A stretch of 43,037 bases of DNA. Source: Myxococcota bacterium (GTDB lineage Bacteria > Myxococcota_A > UBA9160 > PR03). The position numbers and the translations under genes are program-made. Within the stretch, counting starts at the first letter, position 1; every line of letters starts with the position of its first letter. This document shows, piece after piece, positions 1 through 13,392 of this stretch. A model generated the notes under the pieces. It saw only the letters and a program-made list of their open reading frames with translations, ran no database searches and was not told where the DNA came from. Location of the stretch: the NCBI GenBank assembly GCA_041611735.1, contig JBFIML010000040.1, positions 1-43,037 of the forward strand. Reading direction: 5' to 3'.

Positions 1-19
1 GATTCCTGATCCCCGGTGG

Positions 20-48
20 CTCATACCCGCCCGGCCGCGGTCCGATAC
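20..48 (+). promoter_or_regulatory. Putative sigma28 (FliA/WhiG)-type promoter, probably giving a leaderless transcript
   Basis: C-TCATA(21-25)-N15-TCCGATAC(41-48), then 7 nt to GTG at 56; same geometry as the copies at 5201, 15228, 25723 and 40265. Confidence 0.6.
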
Positions 49-55
49 GCCCGGT

Positions 56-1209
56 GTGGCGATCCAGGACGCCGAATTCGCCCGCTGGCTCACCGAGTCC
101 TTCCGCTCGGGCCTCGTGGCCGTCGACGCCGAGGGTCGGCTGGCCGCCTGCAACGGGGAGGCCCAGCGCATCCTCGGCTGCCCGGCCGGCCGTCCCGAGG
201 CCGCTCTGGGCCGGGCTTGCCGGGAGGCCCTGGCCGGCCAGCCGACCCTCGTGACCGTGCTGCTCGACGCCCTCGACGGGCGCGAGCGCCCCACGCGCAC
301 GGAGCTCGTGCTGCGCCCCCAGGGCGGGGATCCGCCGCGCACGATCGGATTCACGCTGCTGCCGGTCCGTGATCCGGACGACCGGCTGCACGGCGCGGCG
401 CTGCTGTTCCGCGACCTGACCCCGTACGAGCGCATGGACGAGCAGGACCGCCTGCGCGAGCGGCTGGCGGCCCTCGGGCAGATGGCGGCCGGCCTGGCCC
501 ACGAGATCCGCAATCCCCTGGCCGGCATGGAGGTGCTGGCGGGGTTGCTGCGGCGGCGGCTGCACCAACGACCCGAGGAGCGGGAGCTGGTGGAGGAGCT
601 CCACGGCGAGCTGCGCCGGCTCGCCGCCACGGTCACCGCGAGCCTCGACTTCGTGCGTCCGGTGGCGCTGCGGCGCGAGCCCGTGGACGCCGTCAAGCTG
701 CTGGAGGAGGCCTTGGAGCAGGCCCGGGCGCGGGTCCCGTTCCTGGGCTCCGTGGAGCGCGACTACGCCCAGGCGCTCCCCCCCGTGGAAGCGGACCCGG
801 AGGCCCTGCGGGCCGTCTTCACCAATCTGATCGCCAACGCGCTCGAGGCCATGGGTGCGGAGCCCGAGGCCGGGCCGGGCTGTCTGCGCCTCGGCCTGCG
901 GGCGGTGGTCAGCGACCGCCCCGCCCGGCCCCTCCGCGTGGAGGGCGGTCGGGTGCCGACCGCGGCCCCCCCGACCGCCACGCGCGAGCTCGTGGCCAGC
1001 GTGGCCGACAGCGGACCCGGTGTGCCCGCAGGCCTGCGCGAGCGCATCTTCTATCCCTTCTTCACCACGAAGCCGCGCGGCTGCGGCATCGGGCTCGCCA
1101 ACGTCCAGAAGATCGTGGCGGGCCACGGCGGCCGCCTCGAGCTCGACGCCTCCGAGGCGCGTGGCGCCGTGTTCCGGGTGCGTCTGCCCCTGGACGCCGA
1201 GGCCGGGCG

Positions 1210-1213
<4 letters not shown>
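56..1213 (+). CDS. Cytoplasmic PAS-domain sensor histidine kinase (NtrB/FleS-like)
   Basis: N-terminal PAS-like GLVAVDAEGRLAACNGEA; H-box LAHEIRNPL; N-box FTNLIANA; G1 DSGPG; F-box IFYPFFTTK; G2 GCGIGL; no transmembrane segment seen. Confidence 0.93.
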
Positions 1214-2661
<1,448 letters not shown>

Positions 2662-2725
2662 ATCGCCCCGCGGCTTCGGATAACTACGAGGGTCGCCCGG
2701 GTGCCTCCGGGCCTCGGGGGTCTCC

Positions 2726-5194
2726 ATGGGTCGTCGCCTGCTCCCCGTCGGTCTGCTCCTCGGGCTGGCCGCCCTCGCGGCCTGTCAGGGGGAGGAAGCG
2801 CGGCTCGCTGCCCACATGAGCCGCGCCGACGCCTACCTGGAGGAGGAGAAGCCGGCGGAAGCGATCATCGAGTACCGCAACGCACTCCAGCTCAACCCCA
2901 ACCTGGCCAACGCCCACTGGGGCCTCTCCCGCGCCTACCTGGCGACCGGTGAGGCAGGCAAGGCGTACTGGGAGGTTCAGGAGGCGGTCCGCCTCGATCC
3001 GGGCAACGCCGAGGCGCGGCTGGCCCTGGGCGGCTTCCTCCTGTTCGGCAAGAGCGACGAGCTCGAGCGGGCGGTGGAGCAGGCGGACGCGGTGCTCGCC
3101 GGGGATGCCGACCGGGCCGACGCCCACCTGCTCCGGGGTCGGGCCCTCGAGCGTCTGCAGCGCCTGGACGAGGCGGAGGCCGCCTACCAGCGTTCCGCGC
3201 AGCTCGATCCCGACGGACCGGAGCGTCTGCACGCGCTGGCGGGCTTCTACGTGCGCCGCGGCCAGCGCGAGCAGGCGGAGCCCGTGCTGCGCGACCTGGC
3301 CCAGCGCGATCCGAGCTTCCGCTCGCTGGCCGCGTTGGCCACCTTCGTGGGGCAGGACGCGGAGCGGGTCGTGGAGGCGGAGCGCCTCTACCGCACCGCC
3401 ATCGAGAAGGCCACCGAGGCGGAGCGCCCCGTCGCCTACCAGCTCCTGGCCAGCTACTACTACGGACGCGAGCGCTACCCGGACGCAGAGCAAGCGCTGC
3501 GCGAGGGACTGGAACACACCGAGGATCCCCTCGATCTGATCTACGCCCTGGCGCGCCTCTACCACGCGCGCGGCGACGTGGCCAAGGCGGACGCCATGAT
3601 CGAGGAGGCGACCCGGGCGCGGCCGACGGAGGTGCGTCCCTTCCTGGTGCTGTCGGCCTACCGGGGCCGGACCGGCGACCTGGCCGGCGCCCTGGAGGCG
3701 GCGGAGGCCGCCCTGGCGGTCGATGCGGAGAGCAAGCCGGCGCGCCTGCGCAAGGCGGAGCTGCTCGTCGACCTGGGCCTGCGCGAGGACTCCAAGGAAC
3801 ACCTGGCGCGGGGCCGCGCCATCGTGGACAGCGTGCTGGCAGCGGAGCCCGCCAGTCCCGAGGCGCTGTTCGTCAAGGCGAAGCTCCACATCGCGCAGCA
3901 GGACCTCGACGCGGCCGCGGCCGCCCTGCGGCGCGCCCTGGACGGGCGCCCGGACTGGGCCCAGGCGCACCTGCTGCTCGGCTCCACCCTGATGCTCCGG
4001 GGCGATCGGCAGGGGGCGCGTGCCGAGGCGCTCCGCGCCCTGGAGCTCGACGCGCAGCTCCTGGAGGCCCGCCTGCTGCTGGCGCGAGCCTACGCGTCGC
4101 TGGGGGAGCACGATCTGGCCGCGGAGGAGGCGCGGCGGGTGCTGGAGGACCGGCCCGACGACCAGACCATGCGCATCCTGCTGGCCCAGAGTCTCGTGCA
4201 CCTGCGCAAGCCGTCGGAGGCGCTGCAGCAGCTCGAGGCGATCCCTGCCGCGGAGCGCGACGCCGAGGTGCACTTCGCCCTGGGCCGCATCCACCTCCTG
4301 GATGGACGCCTCGACGCCTCCCGCCGGGACTTGCTGCGGGCCGCCGAGGCGCGTCCTCACCACCCCGACATCCTGGAGTCGCTGCTCGAGGTGGAGCGAC
4401 GCACGGACCAGGTCGAGGCCTCCCTCCAGCGCATCGCCGCGGCGGTCAAGGCGGAGCCCTCCAACTCCCGGCTCACCCGGCTCGAGGGCGTGGCCCTGCT
4501 CGTGGCGGGACAACGCAGCCTGGCGGAGCAGAAGCTGCGGGCGGCCGTGGAGCTCGACCCGAACGACCTCACCTCCCAGCAGACCCTGGCCCAGTACCTG
4601 ATGGCCACCGGCCGCCTGGAGGAGAGCCTCCGGACCTACGAGCAGGCCATCAAGGCCCGGCCCGACTCGGCGCCGCTGCACCTGATCGTCGGCTCCCTCT
4701 ACGAGCTCTCCGGGCGGCACGAGCCGGCGGTGGAGCACTACGAGCAGGCGGTGCGCATCGACCCGGACCTGGCCGTGGCCAAGAACAACCTGGCTTACCT
4801 GCTGGCGGAGCAGGGCCGCAGCCTGGACCGGGCCCTGGACCTGGCCCAGGAGGCCAAGGAGCTGCTCCCGGACAGCCCCAACGTGGCCGACACCCTGGGC
4901 TGGGTGCTGCTCAAGAAGGGCATCCCCCAGGCGGCCATCGGCTACCTCAAGGAGGCGGAGGGGGGCTTCCCGCCGGGCCGGGGCGAGCTCGGCATCGTCC
5001 GCCATCACCTGGCCCAGGCCTATGCGGCCAACGGAGAGCCCGAGCGGGCCCTGGAGGCCCTGGACCGGGCCCTGGCGGACCTGGACGCCCCCCGCCCGGG
5101 GGCCGAGCCCGGCTCGGCGCCGCCCGCGGAGCCCGACTGGGCCGCCGACGCCCGGGCCCTGCGCGAGCGGCTGCGCGCCAGCGCAGGCGGATAG
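2726..5194 (+). CDS. Long TPR-repeat lipoprotein (PrsT-like)
   Basis: Lipobox LAALAAC; many TPR repeats; C-terminal NNLAYLLAE...VADTLGWVLLKKG typical of PrsT-like proteins. Confidence 0.85.
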   Translation: MGRRLLPVGLLLGLAALAACQGEEARLAAHMSRADAYLEEEKPAEAIIEYRNALQLNPNLANAHWGLSRAYLATGEAGKAYWEVQEAVRLDPGNAEARLALGGFLLFGKSDELERAVEQADAVLAGDADRADAHLLRGRALERLQRLDEAEAAYQRSAQLDPDGPERLHALAGFYVRRGQREQAEPVLRDLAQRDPSFRSLAALATFVGQDAERVVEAERLYRTAIEKATEAERPVAYQLLASYYYGRERYPDAEQALREGLEHTEDPLDLIYALARLYHARGDVAKADAMIEEATRARPTEVRPFLVLSAYRGRTGDLAGALEAAEAALAVDAESKPARLRKAELLVDLGLREDSKEHLARGRAIVDSVLAAEPASPEALFVKAKLHIAQQDLDAAAAALRRALDGRPDWAQAHLLLGSTLMLRGDRQGARAEALRALELDAQLLEARLLLARAYASLGEHDLAAEEARRVLEDRPDDQTMRILLAQSLVHLRKPSEALQQLEAIPAAERDAEVHFALGRIHLLDGRLDASRRDLLRAAEARPHHPDILESLLEVERRTDQVEASLQRIAAAVKAEPSNSRLTRLEGVALLVAGQRSLAEQKLRAAVELDPNDLTSQQTLAQYLMATGRLEESLRTYEQAIKARPDSAPLHLIVGSLYELSGRHEPAVEHYEQAVRIDPDLAVAKNNLAYLLAEQGRSLDRALDLAQEAKELLPDSPNVADTLGWVLLKKGIPQAAIGYLKEAEGGFPPGRGELGIVRHHLAQAYAANGEPERALEALDRALADLDAPRPGAEPGSAPPAEPDWAADARALRERLRASAGG

Positions 5195-5200
5195 GGTCGC

Positions 5201-5229
5201 CTTCAGCCCCTTCCCGGATCGACCGATAG
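5201..5229 (+). promoter_or_regulatory. Putative sigma28-type promoter of the LysM-dprA unit
   Basis: C-TTCAG(5202-5206)-N15-ACCGATAG(5222-5229), intergenic. Confidence 0.5.
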
Positions 5230-5337
5230 GCCTGCTGGCCCGGACGTCGCCGTCGGGAGCGCCTGCGCCCCCGCCGGCCGCCGACGCCCGGTCGGGCCGC
5301 CCGCCGTCAGGGCGTCCGAGCTCGCGGAGGAAAGGGA

Positions 5338-6504
5338 ATGAGGGGTTCGCTGCTCGTCCTCGCGCCGACGCTGGTCCTGGCGTTGGCCCTGCACGCCACG
5401 GCGGAGATTCCCTCCGCCAGCGACGGCGCCGCCGCCGTCGAGGCGGTGGAGACACCCGGGAGCGCCATCGCGCCCCAACCGGATGAAGCTTCCGGGCTCG
5501 GCCCGGTCGGCTACGACGCGGAAGGACGCCCGGGTCGCATCCACGTGGTCCGCAAGGGCGATACGCTCTGGGACCTTTCCGATGCCTATCTCGGCACACC
5601 CTGGGTGTGGCCCTCCATCTGGAAGGACAACCCGGACGTCGCCAACCCGCATCTCATCTATCCGGGCGATCGGATCTGGATCACTCCCCACGAGATGCGT
5701 CGCGTGACCCCCGAGGAGGCGGAGCAGCTGCTGGCCGCCCGTCCCGCTTCGGAACCCCCTGCCTCGCCGCCGGCCGCCTTCGACCGGGTGGCCGAGGACG
5801 AAGCCGCGCGGCCCGCCGCGGTGCGGCTGGTGAGCAGCCTCGAGGGCTTCGGACTCGTCACCGCCGAGGAGCTCGAGGCCGCCGCGGCCATCGTGGACAG
5901 CTCCGTGGGTCGCACCTGGCTGGCCCAGGGCGATCCGGTGTACGTGGGACTCGGCGAAGGCGAGACGCGGGTCGGCGAGCGCTTCACGATCGTGCGACCC
6001 GGCGAGACGGTGAGCGACCCCGAGACGGGCGCGTCCCTCGGTGTGTTCGTGGAGACGCTCGGCTGGCTCCAGATCGTCGCGGTCCATGCGGAGAGCGCCA
6101 CGGCGGAGATCCGCAGCTCGAACATCGAGATGGGCCGTGGCGATCGCCTGCTGCCGCGCCGGCCCCGTTCGCAGGAGATCGCCGTGGGCCGTTCGCCGGC
6201 CGGCCTCGAAGGGAGCATCGCCTTCCTTCCCGACAGCCGCACCCTGATGGCCTCCGAGGACGTGGTGTACCTGAACCGCGGAACGGACCACGGCCTGGCC
6301 GTGGGCAGTCCGCTCGAGGTCTACCGTCCCGGGCAGGTGGGCGAGGACGTGGTGCGCGACCTCTCGGTCAAGCTGCCGGACGAGGTGGTGGCCCGGATGC
6401 TCGTGGTGGATGCCCGGCCCCAGACCGCCGTGGCGGTGGTGACCGGGTCCCACGCGGAGCTGCTCCGGGGAGATCGCTTCCGCGCTTCGAGCCAGGCTCC
6501 CTAG
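5338..6504 (+). CDS. Secreted LysM protein, TsaP-like (type IV pilus secretin-associated)
   Basis: Signal peptide; LysM HVVRKGDTLWDLS...NPHLIYPGD; beta-rich C-terminus (VVYLNRGTDHGLAVG); directly upstream of dprA, the usual tsaP position; RBS GGAGGAAAGGG. Confidence 0.8.
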   Translation: MRGSLLVLAPTLVLALALHATAEIPSASDGAAAVEAVETPGSAIAPQPDEASGLGPVGYDAEGRPGRIHVVRKGDTLWDLSDAYLGTPWVWPSIWKDNPDVANPHLIYPGDRIWITPHEMRRVTPEEAEQLLAARPASEPPASPPAAFDRVAEDEAARPAAVRLVSSLEGFGLVTAEELEAAAAIVDSSVGRTWLAQGDPVYVGLGEGETRVGERFTIVRPGETVSDPETGASLGVFVETLGWLQIVAVHAESATAEIRSSNIEMGRGDRLLPRRPRSQEIAVGRSPAGLEGSIAFLPDSRTLMASEDVVYLNRGTDHGLAVGSPLEVYRPGQVGEDVVRDLSVKLPDEVVARMLVVDARPQTAVAVVTGSHAELLRGDRFRASSQAP

Positions 6505-6552
6505 CCGCCGGGGCCGCTCCGGGCTACACCAGGAGCATCCCCGGTCCCGGGG

Positions 6553-7656
6553 ATGCTCCTGGTGCCCGATTCCCACTCGATCCTCGATCCGCGCGATGCG
6601 CACCCGGAGGCGCGTCGTCTCCTGACCAGCTGGCTCGCCTTGCAGGCCCAGGCGGGCCTGCACCCCCAGGCCGCCCGCCAGGCCCTGGAGCAGGAGGGCC
6701 ACCCGGAGTCCGCCCGGGCCGGGCTCCCGGGCCGCGCACCCCCGGCAGCGGAGCTCGAGGCGCGCCGGAACGCCCTGGCCCGCTGCGGCGCCCGGGGCGT
6801 GCCCTGGGGCTCGCCCCTCTACCCCGAGGCCCTCGCCGCCCTCCCCGATGCTCCCCCGCTGCTCTGGGTGCGCGGGGACCCGGCGCGGCTCGCGGGGCCG
6901 ATCGTGGCGCTGGTGGGGGCGCGTGCGGCCAGCGCGTACGGGCGCGCCCAGGCCCGCCGCCTCGCCAGCGAGCTGGCGGCGGCAGGCCTCGCGGTGGTCT
7001 CGGGCCTCGCCCGCGGCGTGGATGGGGAGGCCCATCGCGGTGCGCTCGCGGCCGGCGGCGTGACCCTGGCGGTGCTCGGCTGCGGCGTGGATCGGGTGCA
7101 CCCCCCGGCCCACCGCTCCCTGGCGGAGCGCATCGTGCAGGGTGGCGCCGTGGTCTCGGAGCTGTCGCCGGGCGCCCCTCCGCTCGCCCACCACTTCCCC
7201 CTGCGCAATCGGCTGATCAGCGGGCTGTCCCGCGCGGTCGTGGTGGTGGAGGCGCGCGAGCGCAGCGGCTCGCTGATCACGGCACGCCACGCGGCGGACC
7301 AGGGGCGGGAGGTGCTGGCCGTTCCCGGTCCCGTGGATGCGCCCACGAGCCGGGGCACCAACCTGCTGTTGCGCGACGGAGCGGCCCCGGCGCTCGACGC
7401 GAGCGACGTGCTGCGGGCGATCGGGTGGTGCCCCGTCATGCCCGCCCCGAGCGGCTCGGAGCCGCCCGAGCGGCTGCCGGCGGAGTTGCGGCGCCTGCTG
7501 GAGGAGCTTCCTGCCACTCGCGACGAGCTCCTCCGGCGTCTCGGCTTGTCTCCGCAGCAGCTGGCGCCGCGACTGCTCGCCCTCGAACTGGAGGGCCGCC
7601 TGGTGGAGGACGCGGACGGACGCCTGCGTGCGCTTTCGCCGCCTGCTCGCGCTTAG
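6553..7656 (+). CDS. dprA: DNA-processing protein DprA (Smf)
   Basis: VALVGARAASAYG, VVSGLARGVDGEAH, HHFPLRNRLISGLS, VVEARERSGSLITA, C-terminal winged helix LLALELEG. Confidence 0.95.
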   Translation: MLLVPDSHSILDPRDAHPEARRLLTSWLALQAQAGLHPQAARQALEQEGHPESARAGLPGRAPPAAELEARRNALARCGARGVPWGSPLYPEALAALPDAPPLLWVRGDPARLAGPIVALVGARAASAYGRAQARRLASELAAAGLAVVSGLARGVDGEAHRGALAAGGVTLAVLGCGVDRVHPPAHRSLAERIVQGGAVVSELSPGAPPLAHHFPLRNRLISGLSRAVVVVEARERSGSLITARHAADQGREVLAVPGPVDAPTSRGTNLLLRDGAAPALDASDVLRAIGWCPVMPAPSGSEPPERLPAELRRLLEELPATRDELLRRLGLSPQQLAPRLLALELEGRLVEDADGRLRALSPPARA

Positions 7657-7663
7657 CTATCCT
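7635..7663 (+). promoter_or_regulatory. Possible sigma70 promoter for trmFO-xerC-hslVU
   Basis: TTCGCC(7635-7640)-N17-TATCCT(7658-7663), 10 nt before ATG 7674. Confidence 0.35.
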
Positions 7664-7673
7664 CCCCGACTCC

Positions 7674-9029
7674 ATGGTCCGGCGAGCTCGGCTTCCGAAG
7701 GCGCGTCCGCGCCTGGTCGTGGTGGGCGCGGGGCTCGCCGGCTGCGAGGCAGCGTGGCAGGCGGCGCAGCGCGGTCTCCACGTCTCGCTCTACGAGATGA
7801 AGCCCCAGCGCTTCTCTCCCGCCCACGGCCAGCCGGACTTCGCCGAGCTGGTGTGCAGCAACTCCCTGCGCGGGGCGGCCCTCACCCACGCGGTGGGCCT
7901 CCTCAAGGAGGAGATGCGCCGGCTCGACTCCCTGGTGCTGGCGGCGGCGGACGAGACCGCCGTGCCCGCGGGTCGGGCGCTCGCGGTGGATCGCCACGCC
8001 TTCGCGCGGCGGGTCACCGCGGCCATCGAGGGGCACCCCCGCATCCACGTGCGGCGCCAGCGGGTGGCCAAGATTCCGGACGATCCCTTCGTGATCCTTG
8101 CCACCGGGCCGCTCACGGACCCGGAGCTGGCCGCCGAGATCCGGGCCCTGCTCGGGGAGGAGCAGCTGTACTTCTACGACGCCATCTCGCCCATCGTGTA
8201 TGCGGAGTCGATCGATCGGAGCATCGCGTTCCGCGCCTCCCGCTACGAGGTCGGGGAGGGCGACTACCTGAACCTGCCGCTCACGCGGGAGCAGTACGAG
8301 ACTCTCGTGGACGAGCTCCTGGCGGCCGACACCGTGCCCCTGCACCCCTTCGAGACGGCGCTCTACTTCGAGGGCTGCCTGCCCATCGAGGAGATGGCGC
8401 GCCGGGGCCGCGACACCCTGGCTCACGGTCCCATGAAGCCGGTGGGTCTCGTGGATCCGCGCAGCGGACGCCGGCCCCACGCGGTGGTCCAGCTCCGTCA
8501 GGAGGACCGAGCCGGCGTCCTCTACAACCTGGTGGGCTTCCAGACCAAGCTGCGGGTGGGGAGCCAGCAGCGCGTGCTGCGCGGCCTGCCCGGTCTCTCC
8601 CAGGCGGTCTTCGCCCGCTACGGCTCCGTCCACCGCAACACCTACGTGAACGCGCCCCGCTGCCTGGGAGACACGCTGGAGGTCGTGGCCCGTCCGGGCC
8701 TCTTCGTGGCGGGCCAGCTGGCGGGCGTGGAGGGCTACGTGGAGTCGGCGGCCCTGGGCGGACTGGCCGGGTGCTTCGCCAGCTTCGCAGCCCGCGGCGC
8801 GCCACCGCCGCGGCCGCCGGAGACGAGCGCCCATGGCGCCCTGCTGCGCCATCTGGCCGATGCCGACCCCGCCCACTTCCAGCCCATGAACGTCAACTTC
8901 GGGCTGTTTCCGCCCCTGGCCGCGGCCCCGGGACGCCTGCCCAAGCGGGAGAAGAACCTGCGGCTGGCCCGGCGCGCCCTCGAGGCCCTGGACGCCTGGG
9001 TCGAGGCCACCCGGGCACCCCCAGCATGA
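7674..9029 (+). CDS. trmFO: Folate/FAD-dependent tRNA (uracil-54) methyltransferase TrmFO (Gid)
   Basis: [68 protein letters not shown] 7674 is in frame with track ORF 5607-9029. Confidence 0.95.
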   Translation: MVRRARLPKARPRLVVVGAGLAGCEAAWQAAQRGLHVSLYEMKPQRFSPAHGQPDFAELVCSNSLRGAALTHAVGLLKEEMRRLDSLVLAAADETAVPAGRALAVDRHAFARRVTAAIEGHPRIHVRRQRVAKIPDDPFVILATGPLTDPELAAEIRALLGEEQLYFYDAISPIVYAESIDRSIAFRASRYEVGEGDYLNLPLTREQYETLVDELLAADTVPLHPFETALYFEGCLPIEEMARRGRDTLAHGPMKPVGLVDPRSGRRPHAVVQLRQEDRAGVLYNLVGFQTKLRVGSQQRVLRGLPGLSQAVFARYGSVHRNTYVNAPRCLGDTLEVVARPGLFVAGQLAGVEGYVESAALGGLAGCFASFAARGAPPPRPPETSAHGALLRHLADADPAHFQPMNVNFGLFPPLAAAPGRLPKREKNLRLARRALEALDAWVEATRAPPA

Positions 9030-9976
9030 CGCTGGCGGATGCCATCCGGCGCTTCCACCTGCACCTCGGTGCCGAGCGCAACGTCTCGCCGCACACGCGG
9101 CGCGCCTACCGCTCGGACCTGCTGCAGCTGGCGCGCTTCCTGGGCGCCGAGACCCGCGTGGGCGACGTCGGGGTGGACGCGGTGCGTGGCTTCCTGGCCG
9201 AGCTGCACGCGCGCCGCCAGCCGCCGACCCTGGGCCGCAAGCTGGCTGCGATCCGGGCCCTGTTCCGCTGGCTGCTGCGGGAAGGGGAGGTGGACGCCGA
9301 CCCGAGCACCGGGCTGCCCGGACCGCGCGCCTCGCGGCGCCTGCCCCGGCCGCTTCCCGTGGACGACTGCGAGACCCTGATGGAGAGCGACCGGCGCGAC
9401 GGCGAGGCGGCCGACGCGGACTCCGCCGCCCGGCGCCTGCGCGACCGCGCCCTGGTCGAGCTGCTCTACGGTGCGGGCCTGCGGGTGGGGGAGCTGGTGG
9501 CCCTGGACGTCCGCGACGTGGACCTGCGCGCCGGCGAGGTGCGGGTCTGGGGCAAGGGCGGCAAGGAGCGCGTGGTGCCCCTGCCGAGCGCCTCGCGCCG
9601 GGCCCTGGGCCGCTGGCTCGAGGCGCGCCGCGGCCCCGGCTGCCTGGCGGAGCCGCTCTTCCCGGCGCTGGGCCGGGCCGGCTCCCGGGGCCGCAAGGCC
9701 CCCCGGCGCCTGGCGGACCGCTCGGTGCGACGCATCCTGGCCGCCCGAGCCGCCCGGGCCGGCCTCGCGGACCGGGTCCATCCGCACCGGCTGCGCCACA
9801 GCTACGCCACCCACCTGCTCGACATGGGGGCCGACCTGCGGGAGATCCAGGAGCTGCTCGGGCACGCGAGCCTCTCCACGACCCAACGCTACACGGGCGT
9901 CTCGGCCGAGCGCCTGTTCGAGGTCTACGACCGCGCCCACCCGCGGGCGCGGGGCGGTCGCGGGAGGCGGCGGTGA
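9026..9976 (+). CDS. xerC: Tyrosine recombinase XerC
   Basis: [42 protein letters not shown] (R-K-H-R-H-Y intact); between trmFO and hslV; ATGA overlap. Confidence 0.9.
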   Translation: MTLADAIRRFHLHLGAERNVSPHTRRAYRSDLLQLARFLGAETRVGDVGVDAVRGFLAELHARRQPPTLGRKLAAIRALFRWLLREGEVDADPSTGLPGPRASRRLPRPLPVDDCETLMESDRRDGEAADADSAARRLRDRALVELLYGAGLRVGELVALDVRDVDLRAGEVRVWGKGGKERVVPLPSASRRALGRWLEARRGPGCLAEPLFPALGRAGSRGRKAPRRLADRSVRRILAARAARAGLADRVHPHRLRHSYATHLLDMGADLREIQELLGHASLSTTQRYTGVSAERLFEVYDRAHPRARGGRGRRR

Positions 9977-10514
9977 GCGAGTGGGGCCCGGTCCGGGCCA
10001 CCACGGTGCTGGCGGTGCGGCGCGACGGGCGCATCGCCATGGCTGCCGACGGCCAGGTGACCGTCGGGGTCACGGCCGTCAAGCACCGGGCCCGCAAGGT
10101 GCGCCTGGCGGCGGAGGGGCGCGCGCTGGTGGGCTTCGCGGGGGGGGCCGCGGACGCGCTCGCCTTGAGCGAGCGGCTCGATGCCAAGCTCCAGGCCCAC
10201 CCGGGCAACGTGCGCCGCGCGGCCGTGGAGCTCGCCCGCGACTGGCGCACCGACCGGGTGTTGCGCCGCCTGGAGGCCATGCTCCTGGTGGGCGACCCGG
10301 AGGCCGTGCTCATCGTGTCCGGCAACGGAGACGTGATCGAGCCCGACGACGGACTGGCGGCGATCGGCTCGGGGGGATCCTTCGCGCTGGCGGCGGCGCG
10401 GGCGTTGTTGCGTCACACGGCGCTTCCCGCCGAGGAGATCGCCCGCGAGGCGCTCCGCATCACCGCGGAGATCTGCATCTACACCAACGACGCCGTCGAG
10501 GTCCTGAACCTGCC

Positions 10515-10518
<4 letters not shown>
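9973..10518 (+). CDS. hslV: ATP-dependent protease subunit HslV
   Basis: ATTVLAVRR (catalytic Thr), [35 protein letters not shown]. Confidence 0.96.
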
Positions 10519-11858
<1,340 letters not shown>

Positions 11859-11880
11859 TTCGCATCCGAGGAGGAAGGAC

Positions 11881-13392
11881 ATGGGAGAGAGCGGACCGTC
11901 GGTGCTGGTGGTGGACGACGAGCGCTTCTTCCGCGAGGCGATCCAGGAGGCGCTGCAGGCCGACGGGTTCGACTGCCAGCTGACCGGGACCGCCGGCGAG
12001 GCGGTGGGGCTCGCCCGCGACCCCCGGGTCGGCGTGGTGGTGCTCGACATCCAGCTGCCGGATCGCAACGGCCTCGAGGTGCTGCGCAGGCTCCGCGACG
12101 TCCGCCCCGAAGTGCGCGTGGTGGTGCTCTCCGCCCACACCGACCAGGAGTACGTGCTCGAGGCGCTGCGGCTCGGGGCCTGCGACTACCTGGCCAAGCC
12201 CATCCACGAGGAGGAGCTGCGCCTCTCGGTGCGGCGCGCCCTGGAGACGTACCGGGTGGCGGCGCAGTCGCTGGCCCTGGGCCGTCGCCTGGAGGGCCTG
12301 GCGGAGGTGCGGCGAGGCCTGGCGCAGGCGGCGGAAGAGGGCGGTCGCGACACCCTGGCGGGCCGGGTCGTGGAGGCCGCGGGTCGCCTGCTCGACGCCG
12401 GTCGCACCTCGCTCCTGGTGCTCGGGGACTCGGACACGGAGCTGCGGGTGGTGGCCGGGATCGGCCACAAGCTGGCGCCGGAGCAGCTCGATGCCGTGCC
12501 CCTCGGCGGCCTCGTGGCCGGCTGGGTGGCGGCGCGCGGCGAGCCCCTGGTGGTCGTCGACGCCGCGCGGGACCCGCGACTGGCCGGGCGGCCGCCGACG
12601 AGCGGCCGCTACGCCAGCGCCTCGTTCGTGGTGGTGCCGGTGGGGGAGGGCGTGGGCCGGCTCGGCGCCCTGTGCGCCACGGATCGCCTCGGGGGGGAGC
12701 CCTTCGGCAGCGCCGACGCGGCGCTGCTCGGTCTGTTGGCCGAGCAGCTGGCGTCGCTATGGGTGGGGGGGACGCGCCCGCTCGCTTCGCCGCCGGAGCT
12801 CCTGCTCGGGGAGAGCGGTGCCCCCGAGGTCGAGGCGGAGGCGGGCGTGGCGGAGCTGGCCCGACGCATCTGCGAGGCCATCACCTCCGAGGTGGAGCCG
12901 GAGCGCCTGCTCACCGCGGCGCTGCGGGCGGTGGGCGGCCAGCTCGCGGCGACGCCCGTCGCCATCCACCTGGCGGAGCCCGGTGACGGTCCCCTGGTGC
13001 GACAGGCCCAGTGGGAAGGGACCGGCGCCTCGGACCGCCCGCGCCTGCCCCGGCATGCGGGCCTGACCGGCGGCGTCTTCGACACGGGCCAGCCGGTCGT
13101 GACCTCGCGGCCCGCCGACGATCCGCGCTTCGATCCCGCGGTGGACCGGCCCGAGGAAGGCGGCGAGGGCGGGCTCTTGATCGTGCCGCTGCGCTTCCGC
13201 GGCCGCACCCTCGGCGTGTGCCGGGCATTCTTCGGCGGCGCGGAGATCCCCTCGCCGCGCGTTGCCGAGGTGCTCTCCGCGGCGCTCTCCGCAGCGGTGC
13301 GCAACGTCCTGCTCTACCGTAGCCTGCTCGCTTCCATCGAGGAGGTGGCGCGCGCCCGGCGCGAGGCCCGGCAGGCGCCTGGAGCCGCATGA
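11881..13392 (+). CDS. Response regulator with tandem GAF domains and no recognisable output domain
   Basis: REC ([21 protein letters not shown]); GAF1 ([15 protein letters not shown]...DPRL...SFVVVP); GAF2 ([14 protein letters not shown]...DPRF...LLIVPL); RBS GAGGAGGAAGG. Confidence 0.85.
   Translation: MGESGPSVLVVDDERFFREAIQEALQADGFDCQLTGTAGEAVGLARDPRVGVVVLDIQLPDRNGLEVLRRLRDVRPEVRVVVLSAHTDQEYVLEALRLGACDYLAKPIHEEELRLSVRRALETYRVAAQSLALGRRLEGLAEVRRGLAQAAEEGGRDTLAGRVVEAAGRLLDAGRTSLLVLGDSDTELRVVAGIGHKLAPEQLDAVPLGGLVAGWVAARGEPLVVVDAARDPRLAGRPPTSGRYASASFVVVPVGEGVGRLGALCATDRLGGEPFGSADAALLGLLAEQLASLWVGGTRPLASPPELLLGESGAPEVEAEAGVAELARRICEAITSEVEPERLLTAALRAVGGQLAATPVAIHLAEPGDGPLVRQAQWEGTGASDRPRLPRHAGLTGGVFDTGQPVVTSRPADDPRFDPAVDRPEEGGEGGLLIVPLRFRGRTLGVCRAFFGGAEIPSPRVAEVLSAALSAAVRNVLLYRSLLASIEEVARARREARQAPGAA

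Noticed and set aside
9026-9976. Tyrosine recombinase as the integrase of a mobile element
   Set aside because: It lies in the housekeeping trmFO-xerC-hslVU context, with no att sites, tRNA or cargo genes.
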